From Candidatus Eiseniibacteriota bacterium (GTDB taxonomy: Bacteria; Eisenbacteria; RBG-16-71-46): a stretch of DNA of 64,000 nt. This document shows positions 38,824 through 47,228 of this stretch, piece by piece. The notes beneath the pieces were generated by a model, which saw only the letters and a list, made by a program, of their open reading frames with translations, was not told the DNA's origin and ran no database searches. A program made the position numbers and the translations under genes. The stretch spans positions 992,001-1,056,000 of the forward strand of contig CAVZLN010000003.1 of the NCBI GenBank assembly GCA_963776245.1, written 5' to 3'. Numbering within the stretch: the first letter of the stretch is position 1; each line of letters begins with the position of its first letter.

Positions 38824-41316
38824 ATGCCGATGTCTTCCGTCTCCTCCGCATCTCGCGTTCTTGGTTCGCGTCTCGGCGGCCTGCTGGTCGCGGTCTGCTT
38901 CGGGGCCGCCTTCGCCGCGGTCGCCGGCGCCACCACCTTGACCTGGAACAATCCGGCCGGGGGCGCGTGGTCGGATCCCGCGAACTGGACCCCCAACGAG
39001 GTCCCCGACGTCGCCGGCGAAGTCGCGGTGCTCCCCGCGCTCTCCGGCGCGTACCAGGTGACGCTCGACATCGATCCCGGGATCGACGCGCTCCAGATCG
39101 GAGCCGCCGACCCGACGCTCGATCTGCACGGCCACTCCATCGCAGCCGTGCCGTCGGTCTCCAACGCCGGCAAGATCGTGAACTTCGTCGGTCTGTACGA
39201 CAGCGGGAAGATCCACAACCTCTCGACCGGAACGGTGGTCGCGGCCTTCAACAAGTCCTTCCAGTCCGTCGGGCCGCTCGTGAATGACGGCCGGATCATC
39301 GTCGGTCCCGGGGCCGCGAGCATGGTGTATGCCCCGAGCGGGCTCTCGGTCGGCGGCACCGGCACGCTGATCCTGGACCACTCGCAGATCTACGATCCGA
39401 GCGGCGCGCTGGGAGTGGTGATCCAGCCCGGGGCCACGCTGTCCGGCTCGGGCGTCGTCAACATCCCGATCACCAACTACGGAGTGATCGAGGGCGACGG
39501 GACCCGCGGCCCGCTGCTCCGCGTCGATGGGATCATCTGGAACTACGGCACGCTGCGCGTCAGCCACGACGGCGGCATCAACGTCAATCGCCCGCTGCTG
39601 AAGAACCTGGGCGGCACCATCACCAGCGGCCCGGGCGGCGGCACCTTCTCGGTCATGACGGTGAATCAGATCGGCGGGACGATGGACTGCGGTCAGGGCG
39701 GAAGGCTCGTGGCCGACGGCGGCGATCTGAGGCTCTCCTGCGGAACGCTCATGGACGCGGAGATCCAGCGGGTCGGGCCGTCGGGTGCGGTGAGCATCGA
39801 CATCGCGACCATCCAGAACGTGACGGTCGCCACCGGCGCCGAGCTGTCCGTTCCCGGCCACGCGGACCTGATGGCCGCCGGAACCTCGCTCACGAACAAT
39901 GGGACCGTGCGGGTCTCGGGCAGCATCAACTTCGGGATCCTCGATGGGCAGTACAGCATCAACCTCGCCGGCACCGGCACGCTGATCCTCGAGGGCGGCA
40001 CGCTCGGGAGCGGCACCGGGGCGACCCTGTGGAACAAGTCGGGCCAGACCATCCAGGGGTGCGGCACCATCAATCCCCCGTTCCTCAATGACGGCACCGT
40101 CAGTCTCGACTGCGGCGCCCAGCTCGGGGCGGTCCCCGGCTCGTTCGTGAATCGCAAGGTGATGCGCGTGACGGGAGGGAAGCTGGTCGTCTCCGGGGCG
40201 TCCACCAAGCTCACGAACCGCGGCACGCTCTCGGCCACCACGGGAGCGATCTCGGTCGAGAACGGCGGCACGATCGACAACACCGGCGGCGTGCTGTCCG
40301 CGGCCGGTGGGAACATCGACCTCGGCACCGCCACCACGGCCGGGACCGTGATCGGCGGCAAGCTCGAATCGTCCGGCGGCGCCATCTTCCGGGTGCAGAA
40401 GGCCGCGACCCTCCGCGACGTCACGCTCGGGCCCACGGCCACGCTGCTGACGATGGGCGGGGCGACCACGACCGCGACCGGGACGCGGTTCCTCAACCAG
40501 GGCACGAACCGGGTGGCGTCCCTCGGCACGTTCGCCGTCGGCGCGACCACCGATTACGTGCAGACCTCGGGCGCCACGGCGCTCGAGGGTGGCGCGATCT
40601 CCTCGACCCGCGACCTCCAGATCCAGGCGGGCGCGCTGCGCGGTATCGGGACGGTCACGGCGAACGTGGTCAATGCCGGCGACCTCAGCCCCGACGCGAA
40701 CGCCGCTCCGCTGCGGGTCCAGGGCGACTACCGCCAGACTTCGACCGGTTCGTTCCGCGTGGCGCTCGCCGCCGGCCTGAGCAGCCAGCTCGATGTCACC
40801 GGGAGCGCGACGCTCGACGGGGCGCTCGCCACCTCGGTGGCCGACGGCTACCTGCCGGCGCCGGGGAACAGCTTCAGCGTGCTCTCGTACGGGTCGCTCG
40901 CCGGCAAGTTCGTGCAGTCCGCGAGCGGGCTGGAGGCCGCCAGCCAGCTCGACGTCCTGCCGGTGTACGGGCCGAGCGCGCTCGCGCTGGTGGTCTCGAG
41001 CGCCCTGTCGGTGGGTGGCCCAGCGGCCGCGCCGGCGACGCTGCGCTTCTACGGTCGCCGCGGCGCGAACGGCTCGAGCTTCGTGCTCGAGCTGCCGCAG
41101 GCCGCCGATCTGAAGGGCCGCATCTACGACGCGAGCGGACGCGAGGTGGCCCGGTTCGCGGACGGCCCGCGCCCGGCCGGCGTGCACGTCTTCCCGCTCC
41201 GCGATGCCGGCGGCGCGTCGGGCGGACTGGCGAGCGGGATGTACTTCGCCCGCGTGGTGGTGAGCCACGGTGCCGGAGGCGACGTCCGCACGGCACGCGT
41301 CATCGTGCTGCGCTGA
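38824..41316 (+). CDS. Secreted beta-helix (autotransporter-passenger-like) protein with FlgD/T9SS-like C-terminal domain
   Basis: Signal peptide; WSDPANWTP; G/N/T-rich repeats (NxGTL, GTGTLIL); C-term IYDASGREVA...LASGMYFARV...RTARVIVLR. Confidence 0.8.
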   Translation: MPMSSVSSASRVLGSRLGGLLVAVCFGAAFAAVAGATTLTWNNPAGGAWSDPANWTPNEVPDVAGEVAVLPALSGAYQVTLDIDPGIDALQIGAADPTLDLHGHSIAAVPSVSNAGKIVNFVGLYDSGKIHNLSTGTVVAAFNKSFQSVGPLVNDGRIIVGPGAASMVYAPSGLSVGGTGTLILDHSQIYDPSGALGVVIQPGATLSGSGVVNIPITNYGVIEGDGTRGPLLRVDGIIWNYGTLRVSHDGGINVNRPLLKNLGGTITSGPGGGTFSVMTVNQIGGTMDCGQGGRLVADGGDLRLSCGTLMDAEIQRVGPSGAVSIDIATIQNVTVATGAELSVPGHADLMAAGTSLTNNGTVRVSGSINFGILDGQYSINLAGTGTLILEGGTLGSGTGATLWNKSGQTIQGCGTINPPFLNDGTVSLDCGAQLGAVPGSFVNRKVMRVTGGKLVVSGASTKLTNRGTLSATTGAISVENGGTIDNTGGVLSAAGGNIDLGTATTAGTVIGGKLESSGGAIFRVQKAATLRDVTLGPTATLLTMGGATTTATGTRFLNQGTNRVASLGTFAVGATTDYVQTSGATALEGGAISSTRDLQIQAGALRGIGTVTANVVNAGDLSPDANAAPLRVQGDYRQTSTGSFRVALAAGLSSQLDVTGSATLDGALATSVADGYLPAPGNSFSVLSYGSLAGKFVQSASGLEAASQLDVLPVYGPSALALVVSSALSVGGPAAAPATLRFYGRRGANGSSFVLELPQAADLKGRIYDASGREVARFADGPRPAGVHVFPLRDAGGASGGLASGMYFARVVVSHGAGGDVRTARVIVLR

Positions 41317-41371
41317 TCTCGAGCCGTCCGCGGCGCCGCGATCCCGGGCGAGCGGCACGGATGAAAGACGA

Positions 41372-41403
41372 TCGGGCCCGTTCCCTCGCGGGAGCGGGCC
41401 CGA
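41372..41403. terminator. Hairpin between convergent genes (likely bidirectional terminator)
   Basis: TCGGGCCCGTTCCC-TCGC-GGGAGCGGGCCCGA. Confidence 0.6.
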
Positions 41404-41421
41404 CGCGTGGGAGCCTCTTCG

Positions 41422-42351
41422 CTACTTCTGCCGCACCAGGTCGCCACCCTTGAAGCCGGAACCCGAGACGATCTTGCACGAGGAGGCCTTGCCCTTGCCG
41501 CCGAAGTTGCTGTTCACGACCTCGATCGTGCCGACCTGGGTCTCCTCGGCGCCCAGCGACTCGCCGGTGTCGGGGTCCTTCATGTCCGCGCCGAGGCGAT
41601 AGATCACGAACCGGTCGCCGACCTTCACACCGGCCTCGCTGCCCGAATTGATGATGACGTCGCCGTCCTTCGACATCACCACCTTCGCCTCCCACGCGCC
41701 GCCGCCGCCCTGCTCGTCGAGGAGCTTGACGATGTCCTCGATGGCCTCGCGCGTGACCTTGCCGACCAGCGACTGGTCGAACTGCGCCTCGGAGTCGAAC
41801 GCGAGCTGGTTGGTGCTGAGCCCCAGGCTCGTCGACGTCTTCTGCTTGCGCACGTTCTCGGCCTTGAGGATCTCGCCGGTGGTCGTGTTCACGATGCGCA
41901 TGTCCACGCCGATCACGGCGGTGTACTGGCCGACGTCGAGGCCGATGCCGGCTTTCTTGAGCAGCCCGCCGGTGCCGCGCTTCTTGTAGCCGAACTCGGT
42001 CACGGCGCCGATCACCGCCAGCTCGACCCCGAGCATCTTGCCCGCCTTGGCGGCGCTCTCCTGGGTGACGACGCCCGAGGTGCCGAGGTTCTGCTCGGCG
42101 AGCAGGCTGGCGATCTTGTCGCGCTCCATCACGCGATACCGGCCGCTCTTCACGAGCGTGGTCGCAAGCATGTCGGCCATGCCGTCGCCGACGCCCTTGC
42201 CGTGCCACCAGCCCCAGTGCTGCTCGGTCTTGTCCTGGAAGCTGAACACCGCGACTCGCTTCTTGCCACCCTTGAGGGGCTCATCCGCGGCCCTCGCGAA
42301 GCCGGGGATGGCGAGCGCGAGCAGAACGAGAATCGCGAACCGGTACTTCAT
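41422..42351 (-). CDS. CsgG/HfaB family protein with FlgT-like C-terminus
   Basis: KKRVAVFSF, GMADMLATTLVKSGRYRVMERDKI...EQNL, AGKMLGV...GAVTEFG, DMRIVNTTTGEI; INSGSEAGVKVGD...DPDTGESLG. Confidence 0.88.
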   Translation of the reverse strand: MKYRFAILVLLALAIPGFARAADEPLKGGKKRVAVFSFQDKTEQHWGWWHGKGVGDGMADMLATTLVKSGRYRVMERDKIASLLAEQNLGTSGVVTQESAAKAGKMLGVELAVIGAVTEFGYKKRGTGGLLKKAGIGLDVGQYTAVIGVDMRIVNTTTGEILKAENVRKQKTSTSLGLSTNQLAFDSEAQFDQSLVGKVTREAIEDIVKLLDEQGGGGAWEAKVVMSKDGDVIINSGSEAGVKVGDRFVIYRLGADMKDPDTGESLGAEETQVGTIEVVNSNFGGKGKASSCKIVSGSGFKGGDLVRQK

Positions 42352-42409
42352 GAAGCACCTCCTCTGTGGGGGTCATCGCTGGGGACCACGATGAAAGGCG
42401 GCGCGGCGA

Positions 42410-42508
42410 AATCTAGCACGACCTCGACCGGTGCGGCGTCAAATCCGAAGGGCCTCTGCCGTCCGCCCCCAGGATCGCCCGCCCGGCCACCCGCCAGGGT
42501 GCTAGATT
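42410..42508. promoter_or_regulatory. Back-to-back identical extended -10-like elements
   Basis: AATCTAGCAC (42410-42419) and its exact reverse complement GTGCTAGATT (42499-42508); each reads TG-C-TAGATT facing outward. Confidence 0.45.
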
Positions 42509-42671
42509 GACCGGACCCAGCGACCCGAGGACCGCTCCTGCCCGACCTGCCGGAGGGGTTGGATAGCAGGCTCGCGGCAGATGGCCCCGAGCACCATGCG
42601 TTCGTCACGCCGGCAGCGTTCGCGCTTCTTCGCTTCCGCTGTCCGCGACTCACACATGAGGAAGTGCCCAC

Positions 42672-43185
42672 ATGCGATCCCTCTCGTCGTTCGTGATCTT
42701 CCTGTTGTGTTGGGCCAGTTCGGTCCCGACCGGTGTCGCGCACGGAATGCCCGCGCCGGGCACGCGCATTCGCGTCACCGCGCTCGTTCCGGAAAGCGAG
42801 CGCTGGACCGGTCCATTCGTCTCGGTCGCGCGCGATACGGTCACGATGCGTGATGGCGGAATGGATGGTGCGCTCGTCACCGTGCCCACGTTGCACGTCA
42901 TGCGCTTCGAGATCAGCCGCGGAAAGAGCGGCAACGGTCTGCGAGGAGCAGGTCTCGGTCTCGCGGCGGGCGCACTCCTGGGCGCGGGGTCGGACACTCC
43001 CTCTACCGTTACACTCGGGGGACTGCACATGGTGCCCCGGCAGCTCCGGCGAAGCCGCCGCGATGGGCGCCATCGGATTCGGTGTCGTCGGTGCCGTGGG
43101 CGGGTTTATGGTTGGGGCCGTGAATAATTCGGAACGGTGGCGTGCCATGCCTGTGGAGGAGCTGGGCGGCACGACGCGGCCGTGA
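42672..43185 (+). CDS. Hypothetical exported protein with glycine-zipper-like tail (frameshift at ~42990-43030)
   Basis: Signal peptide; PGTRIRVT...RDTVT...FEISRG...GAGLGLAAGALLG then GAIGFGVVGAVGGFMVGA...ERWRAM in the +1 frame; GAGG RBS. Confidence 0.65.
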
Positions 43186-43295
43186 TCAGGCAGTGTCAGC
43201 CCTGTGGGACTGAAGCGATTCGTTCGCGCAAGACGGGGAGCTGGTCAAGGGGCGAGGGGGTAGGGAGGACGCCTCAAGCAAGAAGGGGGAGCGCG

Positions 43296-43478
43296 ATGAC
43301 GAGCGGCTGGGAGTACAAGTACGCGTACATTCCAGTGCCCAGTGTGATGCAGGACATCAAGATGGAGGAGATCGACCGCCTGGGGCGGGAGGGCTGGGAG
43401 TTGGTCGCCGTCACTCGCTACGGACCTATGCAGTCGCCACTCGTGGCTTTCTTGAAACGGCCGCTGAGAGCGGACTGA
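43296..43478 (+). CDS. Small DUF4177-like protein
   Basis: WEYK...IDRLGREGWELVAV...FLKRP; GGGGGAG RBS. Confidence 0.8.
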   Translation: MTSGWEYKYAYIPVPSVMQDIKMEEIDRLGREGWELVAVTRYGPMQSPLVAFLKRPLRAD

Positions 43479-43489
43479 CCGGTCTTCAA

Positions 43490-43620
43490 GCAGTCTCGCC
43501 GGGCTGCAGCAGATCTTCGGGCACGCGAGCGTCGTCACCGCGCAGCGCTACGCGGGGCTGAGCGACAAAGCGGTGCGGCGCGAGGCGGAGCGGATCGCCC
43601 GAGAGAGGGTAGTCGTATGA
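43490..43620 (+). pseudogene. Tyrosine recombinase C-terminal remnant (copy A)
   Basis: Translates SLAGLQQIFGHASVVTAQRYAGLSDKAVRREAERIARERVVV*, i.e. box II GH...T.RY including the catalytic Tyr position. No N-terminal part upstream. Confidence 0.85.
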
Positions 43621-44213
43621 CGCGCCTGCTCGCTGCAATCGTGCTCGCACTCGTGTTGGCCGGTTCCGCCGGAGCCGACTCGATGATCCTCGGTCCGGAG
43701 TATGGCTACTCGGACGACGCGATCAAGGAGCGGATCCAGGCAGGCTGGTGGATCTTCGTCGGTCGCGTGGTCGGGGCTCATGAAGTCGTCGCGCCCACGG
43801 TCGGTGTGCGCGATAGCGCTGCAGCGGATAGGGACTCCGGGTTCGCGGCGAGCGTGACCGGTGACGCTCCCCGGCTGAGCCCGCGGTTCGTGTACCGATT
43901 TCGCGTGGAGCACATCTGGCAAGGGGATCCGCGTGCCCGGGAGATCGAGGTCGGGATGGGCGGGGAGTATCTGGGTGAGTACCGCTATGGCGGACCCACA
44001 CAGGCCGTGTACTCATTCGTGCTCGGCAGGCGGTACCTCGTCTTCGCACATGGGAGCGAAGGCGAACTCCGGACGCGACCGAGTGGCGGCAGCTACGCTC
44101 TGGGTTTGAGAGCCTGCCGCTCCTGCAAGCCGGACGCGGAGGTCGCCCATGTAGACAGCCTCTGCCAATGGGTCCGCCACTCTCGCCGAAAGGCGATGAA
44201 GTCCAACTTGTAG
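43617..44213 (+). CDS. Secreted hypothetical protein, TIMP/NTR-like OB-fold
   Basis: Signal peptide; WIFVGRVVG...YRFRVEHIWQGD...FVLGRRYLVFA...ACRSC. Confidence 0.7.
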   Translation: MTRLLAAIVLALVLAGSAGADSMILGPEYGYSDDAIKERIQAGWWIFVGRVVGAHEVVAPTVGVRDSAAADRDSGFAASVTGDAPRLSPRFVYRFRVEHIWQGDPRAREIEVGMGGEYLGEYRYGGPTQAVYSFVLGRRYLVFAHGSEGELRTRPSGGSYALGLRACRSCKPDAEVAHVDSLCQWVRHSRRKAMKSNL

Positions 44214-44261
44214 CACCGGTCCCCTGGAAGTCTAATGTGGAGGGCGAGCGAGGAGTCCAGC

Positions 44262-45063
44262 ATGGCGACGTTGGTGGAGGGCCTGCCGGTGGCGCAGCAG
44301 GCAGAGGTAACTGCGAAGGCGGCCCTGCGGATGGAGGCGATCACCGAGACGGTGGTGAGGGCGCTGAGGCTGGGGGGCAGTTGGCTTGTCGTTTTCGGCA
44401 GCGCACTCACGCTGTGGGTGGCGCTCGGCTGGGCAGCGCCCGCAGATACCCTCCGCGTGAGCCCCATAGTGGTGAAGGTCAGACCGGGCGAACGGTGCCG
44501 CTTCGTGGCGTGGAGGGGCGACGCGCCCGTCGCCGGTGCTCGCTGGTCGCTGCGTGGGCCGGGGCGACTGGTGGGCGGGGCGGACGGAACGTGGGTCGAC
44601 TACCACGCACCGTGGCGTAGCGAGCGCGCCGAGGAGGCCGTAGTGCGCGCAACGTTGCCCAGGGATGAAGGGCAGTCGGGAGACAGTCTGATCGCCCATG
44701 CGACGGCGTCGTTGGCCATGGGCCGAGTCGCAGGCTCGGATTCGTGCGAACTATGCATGTCGGAGCCGGTGATGATGCCCGGCGGACTGGCGATGTTCGA
44801 GAGCATGACCCGTGGCGATCGTCAAGGTGCCGCCGATCTATCCGGACGCGGCGCGCGCGGCTGGCGTGGATGGCGTTGTGAGAGTGCAGGCGCTGGTGTG
44901 CTGCTCGGGCCAGGTGGTCGAGACGTATGTCACCAAGTCCATCCCGATGCTCGACGATGCGGCGGAGGCCTGCATCCGCCTCTGGCGCTTCCGGCCCGCA
45001 ATGTCGGGCGGCCGGCCCATCGGCGTGTGGGTCGGGATCCCGGTGCGGTTCAACCTTCACTGA
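44262..45063 (+). CDS. TonB C-terminal-domain protein (frameshift at ~44808; start uncertain, 44262-44355)
   Basis: Hydrophobic N-segment; after removing one base, VAIVKVPPIYPDAARAAGVDGVVRVQALV...SIPMLDDAA...WRFRPA...VWVGIPVRF. Confidence 0.75.
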
Positions 45064-45179
45064 GCGTCGCGGCCGCGCTCGCGCATTACCGCGTCGTCAC
45101 CACGCAGCGGTATGCGCGGTTGAGCGGCGAAGCGGTGCGGCGGGAGGCGGGGCGGTTGACGATGGGAGGTCAGCCATGA
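45064..45179 (+). pseudogene. Tyrosine recombinase C-terminal remnant (copy B)
   Basis: Translates ...ALAHYRVVTTQRYARLSGEAVRREAGRLTMGGQP*; DNA similar to 43529-43595 (cgtcgtcacc.cgcagcg.ta.gcg.gg.tgagcg.c.aagcggtgcggcg.gaggcgg). Confidence 0.8.
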
Positions 45180-45656
45180 AGGTTGCCATCATGCTGCTCT
45201 TGGCATCGTTGTGCCTGCTAGGGCTGCCCACAGTCGACTTCACTAGCGACGCGAGTTCCCGGCCATTGCCTGAGCAGATGAAGTACCGGCTCCACTCCAT
45301 GGACTGGGTCTTCACAGGACGAGTAATCGGAGTCCGCGACTCGATTGTCTCTGACAGCACGTGGATTGCTCCTGATGGCTCTGTGAACGCCCGGGAGGCA
45401 CGTCAGCTGGAGGTTCTGCGTATTCAAGGTCGGCAAGACTTGGCGCGGAGACCATGCAAAGAGAAAGGTCGTGGTCAAGAGTATCCGGCACCTCTGGGAC
45501 TCTTGCGCCTTCACGGTCGGGAACTCATATCTCGTCTTCGCGTCGGGATACCCACCGTGGACAGCTGCGCACTGCATGTCGAAGGACCTTCGCCAAGCAC
45601 GTTTGGAGGTAGCGGTCCTCGACAGCCTGGTCCGGGCGGAGAGGAAGCAGAAGTGA
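45176..45656 (+). CDS. Secreted hypothetical protein, TIMP/NTR-like, paralogue of 43617-44213 (frameshift at ~45420)
   Basis: Signal peptide; DWVFTGRVIGV... then FKVGKTWRGD...CAFTVGNSYLVFA...HCMS in the +1 frame. Confidence 0.68.
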
Positions 45657-45800
45657 AGCTGTAGCACTTGCCGTGGCAGGCGGGTTCACAAGTCTCGCAG
45701 TCGAGTGCGACTCCTCAACCGGAAGTCAAAGTCACGAGCGTCAGCGCCCCGCTCGCACCGCGCGGCCCGCGCAATACGGGCACTATCTTCCTCCCCCGCC

Positions 45801-46034
45801 TCAGCCCGCCTCGCGCTCCACCCGCATCATCTGGCCCATCACGAAGCGCACGCTCACGCGCTCGCCGGGGGCGAGGTCCGCGGGGCACTCGCTCGCGGCG
45901 ACGCGCCCGGTCTGGCCGGCGCCCGGCAGGTCGTCGAGTTCGACGGCGAGGTCCACCCAGCGGTCGCCGTGGATGTCCACGGGCTTCACGGCGCGCACCG
46001 TGCCCGTCTTGTTCTGCGGCAGCAGCAGGCTCAT
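45801..46034 (-). CDS. Small hypothetical beta-rich (OB-fold-like) protein
   Basis: 77 aa with host-like codon usage; upstream TTGACG-N18-CAGTCT-N7-ATG. Confidence 0.65.
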   Translation of the reverse strand: MSLLLPQNKTGTVRAVKPVDIHGDRWVDLAVELDDLPGAGQTGRVAASECPADLAPGERVSVRFVMGQMMRVEREAG

Positions 46035-46115
46035 GCGCGCGAGACTGACGGGGCGCGCGCTTGCGCGTCAAGGCGAGTTCGCTCCGCGCGCGCCGCTGCC
46101 GTATCCTGCGCGGTC

Positions 46116-46951
46116 ATGCGCAAGACCACCGGTTCGATGCTCTGCCCGCAGTGCTCCAAGCTCATCGGCGTCGGCGAGCAGTCGTGTCCGTTCTGCGGCG
46201 CGTGGCGCCCGGGGCTCTACGGCTTCACCCCGGTGATCCAGCAGTTCTTCGGCAAACGCATCGACCTGATCGCGCTCATCAGCGCGACGTGCGTGGTGCT
46301 CTACGTGGCGGCGCTGGTGCTCCAGCCCGAGGCCATCTTCACCGTTCCGCGGCATCTTCGAGATCCTCTCGCCCGGCACGCGGGCGCTCTACCAGCTCGG
46401 CATGACCGGCGGGGTGGCGTGGCAGCAGCACTGGTACTGGACGCTGCTCACCGCCATCTACCTGCACGGCAGCCTGCTCCACATCTTCTTCAACGTGATG
46501 TGGATCCGGCAGCTCGGTCCGGTGGTCTCGGAGTACTACGGGCCGGCGCGCGCGTTCGTGATCTTCAGCCTCGCGGGCGTCGTGGGGTTCGTGCTCTCGA
46601 ACGTCGCCAGCACGACCTCCACCATCGGCGCCTCGGGCAGCATCTTCGGGTTGCTCGCCGCGCTCATCGTGTACGGCCGGCGCGTGGGCTCCTCGATGCT
46701 CACCGGGCAGATGTGGCAGTGGGCCATCATCATGTTCGCGTTCGGCTTCATGACGCCGTCGGTCAACAACTGGGCGCACGCCGGCGGATTCGCGGGCGGC
46801 TGGGTGGCGGCCGAGAGCATGCGCTTCGCCGACAAGCGCGAGGGGCGCGGGGTGCAGTTGCTGGCGCTGGCTCTGCTGCTCGCCACGGCCGCGGGCTTCG
46901 TGCTCTCGTTCGTGAAGGTGACCGGGCCTGATCCTCGGGCACGGGCGCTAG
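46116..46951 (+). CDS. Rhomboid intramembrane serine protease with N-terminal zinc ribbon (frameshifts at ~46343 and probably ~46925)
   Basis: CPQC...CPFC; WTLLTAIYLHGSLLHIFFN; catalytic GASG; NWAHAGGFAGG; repaired end VTGLILGHGR*. Confidence 0.88.
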
Positions 46952-47228
46952 AGCCCATTCGGCCGCGGCCCGATCCCGGGGCTTGCGCCGCGCAAGGCCA
47001 GGGCCTCCCAGCGCTGCAATCTGCACGCTGGGACCGCGTGGCGGGCCCCGCATCAGAAAGCCGTGGCCCTCCGGGCCATCGCTGCCGATATACTCGGCGG
47101 CAGTCGGTCACTCGACCGACCGTACATGGAAGGGCTTCGGGCGGGCGCCGCTCGCACCGAGGCCGACGACCCGATCGTGATCCCGAAGGGCCGGGTGGCT
47201 CCGCGGGGTCGCACACAGGAGAGAGCCC

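Noticed and set aside
44201..44275. GTCCAAC...GTTGGTG as an integron attC site
   Set aside because: R' does not fit GTTRRRY, no convincing internal stem, not repeated after other islet genes, and no IntI is present.
45680..45790. Possible tRNA or tRNA fragment at the islet's right edge
   Set aside because: No cloverleaf, T-loop or CCA could be built, and no flanking direct repeat was found by eye.
47100..47195. Canonical glnA glutamine riboswitch
   Set aside because: Only GGAAG/GAAG fragments match; P1 and the E-loop context are absent. Kept only as an unspecified structured leader.
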